NCBI GenBank assembly: GCA_030646995.1
Contig: JAUSKF010000004.1
Coordinates: 84,404 to 148,403 of the forward strand
Length of the DNA stretch: 64,000 nt
Origin: a bacterium
GTDB taxonomy: Bacteria; Patescibacteriota; Minisyncoccia; UBA6257; WO2-44-18
Reading direction: 5' to 3'
In this document: piece by piece, positions 29,587 to 39,478 of the stretch
Numbering within the stretch: the stretch's first letter is position 1
Layout: each line of letters begins with the position of its first letter
Translations under genes and position numbers: made by a program
The notes under the pieces: generated by a model
Databases searched by the model: none
What the model was told of the DNA's origin: nothing
What the model saw: the letters and a program-made list of their open reading frames with translations, nothing else

Positions 29587-30201
29587 CTATTTACTATAAA
29601 AGTCAACCACAAGGTTCACATCAAACGGGATGTCGAAATCCTTAGGAGCGGAAAGCATCTTTCCCTCTTGTTTGTCAGCATCGACAGCCAACCAAACCGG
29701 AGCTTCGTATTTCTTTAGTTTTTCTCCCAAATCTTTGAAAAGCGGGTGTTCTTTAGACTGCGGACGAATGGAAACAATGTCTCCGGCTCGAAGCTGAATT
29801 GAAGGAATCGTGGCTTTGCGTCCATTCAACATAATATGGCCATGACTAACTAACTGGCGGGCAACGGAACGGGAAGCAGCAAATCCAACGCGATAGACCA
29901 CGTTATCTAAACGGCTTTCCAACAAGCTGATAATCAACGGACCGGTGACGCCGGGGTTACTGGTAGCTCTTTTTACGATCAAACGCATCTGATTCTCACG
30001 AATACCATAGGTATAGCGGATTTTTTGTTTCTCTTTCAGTTGAGTTCCAAATTCAGAAAGCTGTTTGCTAAAAGATTTACCGTGAGCTCCCGGTTTATGC
30101 GGCCTGCGTGAAGTAACGCATTTTGGAGAATTACAACGCTCCGCTTTCAAAAAAAGCTTTGTGCCTAGCGAACGTTCTCTTTTTTCTCGTGTATCAAACA
30201 T
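29587..30201 (-). CDS. rpsD: 30S ribosomal protein S4
   Basis: EKQK, LESRLDNVVYR. Confidence 0.98.
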   Translation of the reverse strand: MFDTREKRERSLGTKLFLKAERCNSPKCVTSRRPHKPGAHGKSFSKQLSEFGTQLKEKQKIRYTYGIRENQMRLIVKRATSNPGVTGPLIISLLESRLDNVVYRVGFAASRSVARQLVSHGHIMLNGRKATIPSIQLRAGDIVSIRPQSKEHPLFKDLGEKLKKYEAPVWLAVDADKQEGKMLSAPKDFDIPFDVNLVVDFYSK

Positions 30202-30243
30202 GGATGTATATTTTTATAATTTAAAAATTTAAATATTTAAACA

Positions 30244-30696
30244 TTAAATGCGGCGGACTTTGGGTGGTCTTGGACCGTTATGCGGAATCGGGGTTACGTC
30301 TTTAATAGAAAGGATATTGAAGCCATGGTTCGCCAAAGTGCGGACCGCGGAATCCCGGCCTCCGCCTACTCCGCTGACTACCACGTGCACATTGACCGGA
30401 CCGGACTTTTTCAACTTCTCAGCAATCACGGCGATTATCTTCGAAGCGGCAAAAGGAGTGGCCTTTTTCGGACCATTGAAACCCAAAGATCCGGCAGTGC
30501 TCCAAGCGAGTATATTACCTTTATCATCCGATACCGAAACTAGGGTGTTGTTGTAGGAAGCTTTGACGAAAACTTTGCCGGTATCAAATTTTTTGGAAAC
30601 CGACTTCTCGCTCGCCTTTGCAACAGCGGCTTCAGTCTTCTGGCCCTCTTTGAGGACTTCTTCGGTGGTTTGTTTTGTTGGTACTTTTTTACCCAT
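30244..30696 (-). CDS. rpsK: 30S ribosomal protein S11
   Basis: SYNNT, DVTPIPHNG. Confidence 0.98.
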   Translation of the reverse strand: MGKKVPTKQTTEEVLKEGQKTEAAVAKASEKSVSKKFDTGKVFVKASYNNTLVSVSDDKGNILAWSTAGSLGFNGPKKATPFAASKIIAVIAEKLKKSGPVNVHVVVSGVGGGRDSAVRTLANHGFNILSIKDVTPIPHNGPRPPKVRRI

Positions 30697-30741
30697 GTTG
30701 GTTGTGTATTTTTAGTATTTAAATATTTAAACGTTTAAATA

Positions 30742-31125
30742 TTATTTCAACTCGTTTTTACGTTTTCCACTGCCAGCGGTCTTACGAACATTGCCACGCA
30801 CAGTGCGGGAGTTAGTCTTCGTCCTTTGGCCACGGACCGGGAGCTTGCGGGAGTGACGCATACCCCGATATGACTGCAAATCTTTCAATAAATTAATGTT
30901 CTGCTTGATGATTTGACGCAACTCACCCTCAACTTTAAAATTTTTCTCTATATGCGCCTGAATCCGGTTTACTTCCTCAGGGGTAAGAGTCTTGGCACGC
31001 TTGCTCGGATCAATTTTTACCTTCTCTAAAGTCTGGATTGCCAGAGTCCGGCCGATGCCGAAAAGATAAGTCAGCGCTATATCAATACGCTTGTTGTCTG
31101 GAATATTTGATCCGGAGATTCTCAT
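30742..31125 (-). CDS. rpsM: 30S ribosomal protein S13
   Basis: LPVRGQRTKTN. Confidence 0.98.
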   Translation of the reverse strand: MRISGSNIPDNKRIDIALTYLFGIGRTLAIQTLEKVKIDPSKRAKTLTPEEVNRIQAHIEKNFKVEGELRQIIKQNINLLKDLQSYRGMRHSRKLPVRGQRTKTNSRTVRGNVRKTAGSGKRKNELK

Positions 31126-31178
31126 TGAAGTATATTTTATTATTTAAATATTTAAAGATTTAAACATGGCGCTTCACG

Positions 31179-31292
31179 CTAGCCCTGCCTCTGCTTATGC
31201 TTCGGGTTTTTGCAAACAACATAAACCCGTCCTTTCCGGCGGGTTGTCTTACAGTTAATGCAAATTACCTTTACGGATGAGCGTACTTTCAT
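31179..31292 (-). CDS. rpmJ: 50S ribosomal protein L36
   Basis: Manual translation [37 protein letters not shown]. Confidence 0.97.
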   Translation of the reverse strand: MKVRSSVKVICINCKTTRRKGRVYVVCKNPKHKQRQG

Positions 31293-31345
31293 AAATACAA
31301 AAGATTTAGCAAGTATATACTAATATCGTAAAAAACGCAACTCGC

Positions 31346-31561
31346 TTAAAGACGCCGAATTATCCTAGCTCGAGTGTCCCCATAAGGACTGAATTCCAAC
31401 AGGACCTTATCTCCCGGCAAAATCTTAATATGGTGTATGCGCATTTTGCCTGAAAGATGGGCAAGTACCATTTTATCCGGAGGAACACTGACCCGAAAGG
31501 TGGCCGCCGGCAAAGCCTCTTCTACTCTCCCCTCAAGCACCCTGACGTTCTTTTCTGCCAT
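31346..31561 (-). CDS. infA: Translation initiation factor IF-1
   Basis: EALP, HLSGKMR, ILPGDKV. Confidence 0.98.
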   Translation of the reverse strand: MAEKNVRVLEGRVEEALPAATFRVSVPPDKMVLAHLSGKMRIHHIKILPGDKVLLEFSPYGDTRARIIRRL

Positions 31562-31597
31562 GTTGCGAGTAATTATAGCAAATTATGAGCGGTTAGT

Positions 31598-33145
31598 CTA
31601 ATCAACCGACACCGTAACTTTAGCGAGATTATTCGGAACCTTGGTAACCCAGAAAGGCCAGAGCGAGATGACTGCCGAATCTACATCCTTCATAGCCCCA
31701 ATCAGGCTCTTCAGCTCCACCTCTGACTTACCTAAGAACCGCGCCTTCAGAGCTTCGGCGTCGATATTTTTTGCCACAGAGCTTTTAAAATCAATCGGGA
31801 AGCTTATCCGGCCGGCGGCAAAATCCGCGCGAGCCTTTCCATAACTCAACTCATGACTCTTAATCACATACTCATCTTTTAATTCCTGATTAATCTTTTT
31901 CTCCAGCATCTTCATCATGTCAGCCTCTTTGAAGGCCACCGCATTAATTTGACCATCCGCCTTCACGCTAAAGTTGCCCGCCGAATCAACTTGAGTAATC
32001 ACCTCCTGCTTTAAAATACTAAAACCGGAAGCGCCGTCGATGATTTTAAAATCAGCCGGAATCTTTTTTACCAACTCATCATTCAATAGTTTTTCTAATG
32101 CCTCTGCTACGGCGGTTTTTCCTTTTTTGAGGTCAGCATCGGTCGGAAAAGCGGTCTCTCCGATAAATCCACCGGTCATCGCCGATTTTGATTCACCATA
32201 GAAAGCCTGATATTTTGGCGTGCCTTTAAATCCGGGGATGCTCAAATAACTCACGGGTCCGATATTATATGAAGCCCCTGCCTGATCAGCGACTACCGTA
32301 GCCTCCAAACTTGAAGCCACTATCTTCCCCTCCACAATTTTTGCCGCCGGCACGATAATGCTTTGCGCTAGGCGGAAGATTTTTCCATCCGGAGCGATAA
32401 AGCGGGTAGTTGCTACTAAGGGTTGCGGGTCGGAGCTGTAGGCGTTGAAGATGGTAATGGTACCAGTAGCTTTCTGTTGGACATTCTTCTTTCCGGTAGC
32501 CGGAAAGGAAAGCTGATGGGATTTCTTTTCAGAAAAAGATTGGCCGGGAATGGTAGCGAGCGCCGGATCGATTACCGCTGATTTTTCCGCCCTCACTGAA
32601 TCTTTGTAAGGCCAGACCTGTTTGACGCTCACGATTTTTATCTCCGCGCTAGGAAGCACGGTCGCGGCCACGATGCCCGCAACTACTACAACCGCCAGTA
32701 CTGCTCCCCCGCCGATAAAACCGGTCAGCCGGCCACGAATGCGAGCCGCAATGGGCTTCCGCTGAACCGACTCCACCAGTTTCTTTTTTTTGATATCCGC
32801 CTCTTCATCATCTTCTCGGCTTTTTTTGGAAGAAACGATATCGTAAAACTGGCGGCGAGAACGTGACAAAATCGGGTTCAACGATTCCAACCCCGAAAGA
32901 CTGGCCAACTCAATAACCTTATCATCCACCGATTCAATCACAATTTTCTTTTTCAAAAGCTTTGACTCTCTGGAGATGAGATGGAAATTAGAAAGCGAAT
33001 CAGCCAACTTGGAAAATCGGGGAATACTTAAAACGATTTCTTTGGCGTCGGAATCGATTAATTTTTCTACTACCAAAGCCACCTCATCGCTTTTGCCGAC
33101 GGCGATTTTTTTAATTCGATGGATGTTTGGTTTCGTGGGACTCAT
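31598..33145 (-). CDS. Membrane-anchored baseplate-J-like domain protein
   Basis: Cytoplasmic alpha/beta N-domain, one TM, ATG.ITIFN, A.QAG..YNIGP, MTGG, PFW. Confidence 0.7.
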   Translation of the reverse strand: MSPTKPNIHRIKKIAVGKSDEVALVVEKLIDSDAKEIVLSIPRFSKLADSLSNFHLISRESKLLKKKIVIESVDDKVIELASLSGLESLNPILSRSRRQFYDIVSSKKSREDDEEADIKKKKLVESVQRKPIAARIRGRLTGFIGGGAVLAVVVVAGIVAATVLPSAEIKIVSVKQVWPYKDSVRAEKSAVIDPALATIPGQSFSEKKSHQLSFPATGKKNVQQKATGTITIFNAYSSDPQPLVATTRFIAPDGKIFRLAQSIIVPAAKIVEGKIVASSLEATVVADQAGASYNIGPVSYLSIPGFKGTPKYQAFYGESKSAMTGGFIGETAFPTDADLKKGKTAVAEALEKLLNDELVKKIPADFKIIDGASGFSILKQEVITQVDSAGNFSVKADGQINAVAFKEADMMKMLEKKINQELKDEYVIKSHELSYGKARADFAAGRISFPIDFKSSVAKNIDAEALKARFLGKSEVELKSLIGAMKDVDSAVISLWPFWVTKVPNNLAKVTVSVD

Positions 33146-33184
33146 ATATTTTTATTTCAGAATGTCGATATATCGAAATTTCAT

Positions 33185-34360
33185 CTAGACAGGCGACAGC
33201 CAACGTACCCGTCGCTTAGCCATCTGGCTCATCCGATCGTCTTGCGGGGCAAGGTACCATTCCAAAACATTCGCAAGTAGGCCGAAGGAATTCTTAGACT
33301 GGGCTGTATGCTTAAATTTTATATCAAAGCCGAAGTTTTTGCTAATTATGTCAAGGTCAAGAAGCCGTAATTGGGCCGGCTTACCAAGCTCACCGCGAAA
33401 ATTCGCCACAAACATCGCCGGCAGGTCAAAGGACGGGTTTACAAATACCAAATTGGTATCCATTTTTTTAATCGCCTGTCCGATACCGTTAGCCAACATC
33501 TGTAATTCCCGGCCGAGCAAAGCCTCAACTCGCCGCTTGAAAGTTACAGAAATAAAACCTTGATTATACAAGCCAATAACTTTGGCCGCGGTCTCAGAAT
33601 CCACGGAAAGATCGGCGGCCAAAGAAGCATTAAGGTTATTTTCTCCCCAAGGGAAATGATCCCAATAAGAATTTTGCGATCCGGAGGAGGCAAACATTAA
33701 AGTTTTTCCGGGAAAAATGTTGGCTACGGCAAAATTTTCCGCCGCCTCTGATTTAGCAATTACGTTAGCCCAAGCCGTGCCGTTCTCCGAAATAAACACC
33801 ACCTGATTGATCGGCAGGGAATCTTTCAATGACTCGGCGAATTGCCGCAGTAAAAAAGTTTGGCTGAAAAGAATTTCTACCGTCTTCGCCTTGAATCCAA
33901 CCGGATTCACTACCTTGTGCCCATCTAATCGCACTCCCCGGATTTTCACGTCCGACAGCACTACGTCGAGATCGCTAGTTGACATTTTTACGGCCACCCT
34001 ACTCCGCTGACGATCAAAAAATTTCCAGATTGCTTGAGAGATAAGATTGTCCAACTCCGGCTCATCGATAAGCTCCTTGAAACGATCACGCACTAGAACT
34101 ACGGAAGAATAAATAGTAGTAGCTAAATGCGAGTCTAATCCCAAAATTATTTTGTATTGCGCCAGCCGGCCGAACTTTTTCAGAAGCTTTTTGAGGTCCG
34201 GGCCGGTATGCGTTTTAATGAATTTGAGTTCTTTATTATCAAAATTAGCTTTTATATAGGCCACCCGATTGCTATTCTCCAGAATTTCGACGACCAAAAA
34301 CCTATCATCCTTTCCTCTCAATAACGACGACAGTTTTGTTTTTAGTAGGTTAAAATCCAT
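33185..34360 (-). CDS. Divergent FtsA/PilM-like actin-fold protein
   Basis: LDGHKVVNPVG, FPWGENNL..SLA..L; phosphate motifs degenerate. Confidence 0.55.
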   Translation of the reverse strand: MDFNLLKTKLSSLLRGKDDRFLVVEILENSNRVAYIKANFDNKELKFIKTHTGPDLKKLLKKFGRLAQYKIILGLDSHLATTIYSSVVLVRDRFKELIDEPELDNLISQAIWKFFDRQRSRVAVKMSTSDLDVVLSDVKIRGVRLDGHKVVNPVGFKAKTVEILFSQTFLLRQFAESLKDSLPINQVVFISENGTAWANVIAKSEAAENFAVANIFPGKTLMFASSGSQNSYWDHFPWGENNLNASLAADLSVDSETAAKVIGLYNQGFISVTFKRRVEALLGRELQMLANGIGQAIKKMDTNLVFVNPSFDLPAMFVANFRGELGKPAQLRLLDLDIISKNFGFDIKFKHTAQSKNSFGLLANVLEWYLAPQDDRMSQMAKRRVRWLSPV

Positions 34361-34431
34361 CCATTTTTAGGTGGAGGTCACTTAAGTTAAGTATACCATC
34401 TCAAACACCAGTATTTACGCGCTACTCGAGC

Positions 34432-36195
34432 CTATTCTACAATTCCCCTGATACGGCGAACTCCAGCGGAAACTGCCTCTTCTTTGGCAATCTTAAACTT
34501 CCCTATCGTTAGGGTGTTAGACACGTGGGGACCGCCGCAGAATTCTTTGGAAAATGCCGAAGGAATATCGTGGCCGACATAATAAACCTTCACGCGCTCG
34601 GGGTATTTATCCAAAAAGAAATGGAGCGCCCCGGTTTTCGCGCCTTCTTCTTTCGCCATCTCCTCAAAACCCACCGGCAGGTCTTTCTGGATCTGCTCAT
34701 TCACTAAGTCCTCCACTTCTTTAATTTCTTCGACTGTCAGCTTCCGCGGGAAGATAAAATCAAAACGAGTACGCTCTACGGTGATATCAGAGCCTTTTTG
34801 CTGAACTTCATTGCCCAAAACTTTCCGAAGCGCCGCCTGCATCAAATGAGTCGCAGTGTGCAAACGAGTTACTTTCTTTAATTCCTCGGCGTCTTTCGCT
34901 TTCAATTCTCCAGTGTCCAGAAGCAGACCATGACCGCCGAATTTCTTTTCTACGCCCGCGCGAGAAATTTCTTGATGCTTTTTAAATTCTTCATCAAACT
35001 CGGTGCGATCCAATCCCTTGCTCGCCTCCGGAGCCAACTCTTTAATCAACTCAAATGGCAGACCGAAAGTTTCGTAAAGATAAAAGCCTTCTTTAGAACT
35101 GATGGCGGGGTATTTTTTAATTTCTTTCACGCCGAGCGCGATTGCCTGCTCGAACTTATCTTTCTCCGCCTCCAAGACCTCCAAAATCCTCAACTCTTTA
35201 ACTTCCGGATAAATATTGCCGAATTTTTCTTTCACCCACTCCACCGCCATCCCAAAGAGATTCCCGTGAACATCGTGGATGGTCTGATAAGCCAAAACGC
35301 GGCGAAGTAGGCGACGCAAAATATATCCTGCCTCTTTATTAGAGGGACGCACGCCGTCGGCGACCAAGAAAATGGAGGAGCGAAGATGGTCGGCGAGAAT
35401 ACGAACAACTCGATCTTCAATTCCCGGCGCCATCTCGCGGATCTTGGCGATTAGATCGCTGAAAACATCTGTCTCAAAAACACTCGGCGCGCCCTGCATC
35501 ACCGTTACCAACCGCTCAAAGCCCATGCCGGTATCAATGCCAGGGGTTTTCAAATTTTCCAGAGTCTTGTCGGACTTTTGGTAGAACTGATTGAAAACAT
35601 TGTTCCAAATCTCCACCCCCTCGCCTTTTTTCGCCTCCTCGGCAGTCTTAGCTACATAAATTTCAGTGGTCGGCCCGCAAGGACCTTCACTGCCGGTTGG
35701 ACCCCAGAAATTGTCGGCTCGGCCACGTTTAAATATTTTCTCCACCGGCATGCCGAGTTCTTTGTGCCAGATATCAAAAGATTCGTGATCATATGGAACT
35801 GCTCCCTCCCCGGCAAACACGGTGACATAAACCAATTCCGGATTCACTCCGAGAACTTTCGTGACATATTCATACGCCCAATGAATCGCTTCTTTTTTGA
35901 AATAACCGCCAAAAGAAAAATTGCCGAGCATTTCAAAAAAAGTGAGATGAGTTTTATCGCCGACTTCATCAATATCGGAAGTGCGGAAACATTTCTGGAC
36001 AGAAGTCGTACTTAAACTGCCGAAATCTTTTTGCGCGTTCAGTTCTCCGATAAAATATGGCTTGAACTGCTGCATACCGGCAGTCGTCAAAAGCACCGAG
36101 GGGTCGGTTGGCAACAATGACGAAGACGGCACGACAGCGTGCCCTTTGGACTTGAAGAAGTCCAGAAATGATTTACGAATCTCCTCGGAGGTCAT
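34432..36195 (-). CDS. alaS: Alanyl-tRNA ligase lacking the C-Ala domain
   Basis: TTAGMQ, HLTFFEMLGNFS, HTATH, CGGPH. Confidence 0.98.
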   Translation of the reverse strand: MTSEEIRKSFLDFFKSKGHAVVPSSSLLPTDPSVLLTTAGMQQFKPYFIGELNAQKDFGSLSTTSVQKCFRTSDIDEVGDKTHLTFFEMLGNFSFGGYFKKEAIHWAYEYVTKVLGVNPELVYVTVFAGEGAVPYDHESFDIWHKELGMPVEKIFKRGRADNFWGPTGSEGPCGPTTEIYVAKTAEEAKKGEGVEIWNNVFNQFYQKSDKTLENLKTPGIDTGMGFERLVTVMQGAPSVFETDVFSDLIAKIREMAPGIEDRVVRILADHLRSSIFLVADGVRPSNKEAGYILRRLLRRVLAYQTIHDVHGNLFGMAVEWVKEKFGNIYPEVKELRILEVLEAEKDKFEQAIALGVKEIKKYPAISSKEGFYLYETFGLPFELIKELAPEASKGLDRTEFDEEFKKHQEISRAGVEKKFGGHGLLLDTGELKAKDAEELKKVTRLHTATHLMQAALRKVLGNEVQQKGSDITVERTRFDFIFPRKLTVEEIKEVEDLVNEQIQKDLPVGFEEMAKEEGAKTGALHFFLDKYPERVKVYYVGHDIPSAFSKEFCGGPHVSNTLTIGKFKIAKEEAVSAGVRRIRGIVE

Positions 36196-36379
36196 TCAAT
36201 GATTTTATAGATTCCAAAGACAATTCTCAAGTTAATACAATATGGTAATCCTACGCTACGCTCAGGATTGCTACTGCTAACCAAATTTTCTGCTTCTTTG
36301 AATTGAAAATTTGGAGCAGTAGGTAAAAAAATCCCCTCCGGTTTTTACACCGAAGGGGAACTGGCCTCGTGAACTATGC

Positions 36380-36799
36380 CTACACGAGCATGTATTTGAC
36401 GGCGGTCTCCATCACCAGCGACGCCGCCTTCAGGCTAGTGAGCCGGAGCTCACCCACCCAGAAGATCGGGGTGCCGGAGTACGACAGTTGGATCTTCAGC
36501 TCCTGCTGAAGAACCAACTCCTCCCCGGTCGGCATCTGGATACGATACTCCAGAATGCCGGTCGGGATATCCCCGAACGCGCTCTCTTCGGGCGCGCACC
36601 GGAGGTTGGCCATGACCCGCACTCCGCTCTCAAAGAAGAGAACGAAGTCCGGGTCGCACTTCAGCGCCCGCTCGACACCCTCCACGATGGAGGGCGCCAG
36701 CTTCTGGATCTCCGCGAATTCCTTCGCGAAGGTCCGCCCCGCCGGGGAAAGCTCCGACAACGACCTGACTGCCCGTCTGCTCGTCGTGGTGTTGCTCAT
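36380..36799 (-). CDS. Hypothetical orphan protein (GC-rich)
   Basis: AAGGAG SD; terminator 36326-36360. Confidence 0.7.
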   Translation of the reverse strand: MSNTTTSRRAVRSLSELSPAGRTFAKEFAEIQKLAPSIVEGVERALKCDPDFVLFFESGVRVMANLRCAPEESAFGDIPTGILEYRIQMPTGEELVLQQELKIQLSYSGTPIFWVGELRLTSLKAASLVMETAVKYMLV

Positions 36800-36875
36800 A
36801 ACTTTTCTCCTTGAGTAGAATTTCTTGATTAGGCGATCGATCCGCGATGGACCGATCTAGCCCCGGAACCGGCGA

Positions 36876-37259
36876 CTACAGCATACGCAGGCGACCCGCC
36901 ACCGTGATGGCAATAATCACCGGCTTGACCTCCGGCCCACGATTCATCCGGTAGGCCCACTCTCCGGAACTGGTGTTCCGGACCCTGACCGTACACGCGC
37001 CCGACGGCGTTCTAGTGCTATCGGGTTTCAGGATCCAAACCCCAATCTCCAGCTGGAGATTGGCGCCGTGGCCGGTCTGGAAGCTCGAAAAGACGAGCTT
37101 CGATTTCAATCGGCCACCAACCTTCAGAAGATCGTCGATCTGCTCGACGATTTTCTGTTTCAGCCGCCCCCAGCCCGTCATGAGCTGGTGCTGAACCTCG
37201 TCGGCGGCAATGCCAATCCGAGGCCGGTCGTAGAGCGTAAAGCATGTGTTGACGGCCAT
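36876..37259 (-). CDS. Hypothetical orphan protein (GC-rich)
   Basis: AGGAGG SD; TTGACA-17-TAGACT promoter at about 37321-37349. Confidence 0.7.
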   Translation of the reverse strand: MAVNTCFTLYDRPRIGIAADEVQHQLMTGWGRLKQKIVEQIDDLLKVGGRLKSKLVFSSFQTGHGANLQLEIGVWILKPDSTRTPSGACTVRVRNTSSGEWAYRMNRGPEVKPVIIAITVAGRLRML

Positions 37260-37364
37260 ACACCTCCTCCTAAATTAGTTTTCAAGGTTAAGCTTAGATC
37301 ACCTCAATCCAAGCCAAGAAAGTCTAGCATACTTGAGCCTATTTGTCAAGGGCTCATGGCTTCC

Positions 37365-37504
37365 TACCCCAAGCTCCTCATAAGACCTTCGGCGGCCAAA
37401 CCGCGACTTATTTAAGCTATTTTTTCGGCCCTAAAATTGGGGTGCGCCAAAATAGCTAAACGCACGGGGCTACGCCTCGGAATCTTATTCGGAGCATTGG
37501 GGTA
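37365..37504. repeat. Rod-hairpin family C, copy 1
   Basis: GACCTTCGGCGGCCA..CCGCGACT...CGCACGGGGCTACGCCTCGGAATC. Confidence 0.75.
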
Positions 37505-37544
37505 AAGCCTGATTCGCTTTGTTAAAACTGGAACCAAGAATCCC

Positions 37545-39305
37545 CTACTCGCTCACTTCTACGGCCCCGCCCATGCCCGGGTTTAAATGGTCGTGATACT
37601 TCCAAGAACCTGCCTTTTCAAATACAAAAGAATAAGACTCCCCCTCGCTTAAACCGCCCAGGGAATCAAAGCCCGGTAAAACTAAATGGGTTGGGTGCGA
37701 CGCCGAAGCCGGCCAGTGTGGACGAATATCTTTATTCAACCAGGTAACTTTCGCGCCAGCCGCAACTTGAATCATCGGAGGCTCAAATCCGGTGGTAGTG
37801 ATAAAGACCGTAATTGATTCCGGCTGAAGAACGGAGGTAGTTTTAATGGGCACATGGCCGATTGCTTCATTGGCCGGAACAGAATTCAACGCTTTGGGAA
37901 CTTCAATCGATTTAGGATTTTCTAAAGCTCTAAAAAATTCTTCAATAGTAGAAAGAAGAATCTTAACTGTCCGCAGGGAAGCCGCGATGCTTTCCGGAGC
38001 CTCTTCTCTTTCGATTGATTTAGCCAAGGCAACAATTCTTCGCTCGGCCTCGCTTAGCAAAGAGAATAGTTTCGGATTCTGCTCTTTAGTAAAGTCGGAC
38101 TTATTTACCTCGGAAAGCCAAAAGTCATATACCTTATTAATATTTTCCAAATCACTCTCGGCATCCGATATATCCGGATTCAGCTGATTAATCGCATTTT
38201 TTAAAGCGGCCTGGGCGGCGGTAGCCTGTCCGAAAGCTCCTCCATAATTACCTTCTTCTAAAAACTTCTCGGCTTGCAAAAGACCGAATTTTGCCCGCTC
38301 CACCAGCTCCTTGGGAGCGTTTTTTACGGATACCCGCTCACTAATCATCTCTTCCACCCTGGCCAGCAAGTCTTGCGCTTCGGCCATGGCCTGTTTGGCC
38401 CGTTCTTCGCTGATGCCTCCGGCATCTTCAATCTTGGATAAAATTCTCTGGCGAATAATATTTAATTCGTTACGCAATGCCGAGGTAAGCACTTTTTCTC
38501 GAACTTCATCAATAAGCCGTAATCGACGCAAACGATCTCCGGACAACCCGCTTAAATCCCCCAATTCCCCGCCAGCCAATACTAATCCCTCCAATTTTCC
38601 ACCAAATTTCAAAAGTAAATCCTCGCGTAGAAAAGAAACGGATTTTTCCGCTTCTCCTGAAAGCGCTTCTCCTAAACGATCCGCCAAATCGGCGGCCCGC
38701 AACTCTCTGAAGGGATCGTTAAGCTCCTGAACCTCCAAAAGAAATTGAGCCTTGAAGTCTCGTGGGTTAACCAACCGAATCGGCGCCTGCGCCAAAGCAG
38801 CTGCCAAGGAATCAACCGCTTTTTCTATTTTCTCTAATGAAGCTTTTTCATTCGAATATTTATTGGACAAATCTTCCAGCAATCGGAAGTGGCGCAATCC
38901 CTGTGAAATCAAATCCTCCGAAATAGCCGACAATTTGGAGCTTCCGAGCTCGTCTTTGATGGCCTCGAGATTTTCCATCAGCCGGGAAAGGCTATCCAAA
39001 TAACTATCCAATGCGCGATCAATGGCAAAAAGATTGCCGGTGGCAATTTCCTCCAGCTTCTTAAGTTCTGCCGCTTTTTCGTTCAAAACATTCAACTCCA
39101 ACTGGGCACGATTGCTGGCGCTAGCCGAGAGTAACTTGCGGAAACCCCGTCCCCATTCTTTCAAAAAATAGAAAGGATTCGAAGGCAAAAGACCGGAGCT
39201 TTGGATGCCCAAATCACCCCCTTCTTGAGCCAAAAGGAATGCCTGCGGGACCGTTATAGACAATGCAACGGCCGCCGTTATAAGTATCTTATGTAGTTGT
39301 TTCAT
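37545..39305 (-). CDS. Exported DUF5667-like helical protein with C-terminal cupredoxin
   Basis: Start MKQLH, signal peptide, GLLPSNPFYFLKEW, HWPASASHPTH, YHDHLNP. Confidence 0.8.
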   Translation of the reverse strand: MKQLHKILITAAVALSITVPQAFLLAQEGGDLGIQSSGLLPSNPFYFLKEWGRGFRKLLSASASNRAQLELNVLNEKAAELKKLEEIATGNLFAIDRALDSYLDSLSRLMENLEAIKDELGSSKLSAISEDLISQGLRHFRLLEDLSNKYSNEKASLEKIEKAVDSLAAALAQAPIRLVNPRDFKAQFLLEVQELNDPFRELRAADLADRLGEALSGEAEKSVSFLREDLLLKFGGKLEGLVLAGGELGDLSGLSGDRLRRLRLIDEVREKVLTSALRNELNIIRQRILSKIEDAGGISEERAKQAMAEAQDLLARVEEMISERVSVKNAPKELVERAKFGLLQAEKFLEEGNYGGAFGQATAAQAALKNAINQLNPDISDAESDLENINKVYDFWLSEVNKSDFTKEQNPKLFSLLSEAERRIVALAKSIEREEAPESIAASLRTVKILLSTIEEFFRALENPKSIEVPKALNSVPANEAIGHVPIKTTSVLQPESITVFITTTGFEPPMIQVAAGAKVTWLNKDIRPHWPASASHPTHLVLPGFDSLGGLSEGESYSFVFEKAGSWKYHDHLNPGMGGAVEVSE

Positions 39306-39478
39306 AGTAATTCCAGCTACACCTTGTTGAGAGCAGAACTTGCCTGCCGAAGGCATGGCTGGAGGCAAAAAGCTATCTAAAATGGGTAGATTTGGACTCT
39401 GCCCAACAAAAAAGGCCTTAACAGACCTTAGGGATACTATATCACAAAGGGTATCGGAAAACAATCCTCTTTGGGGAA

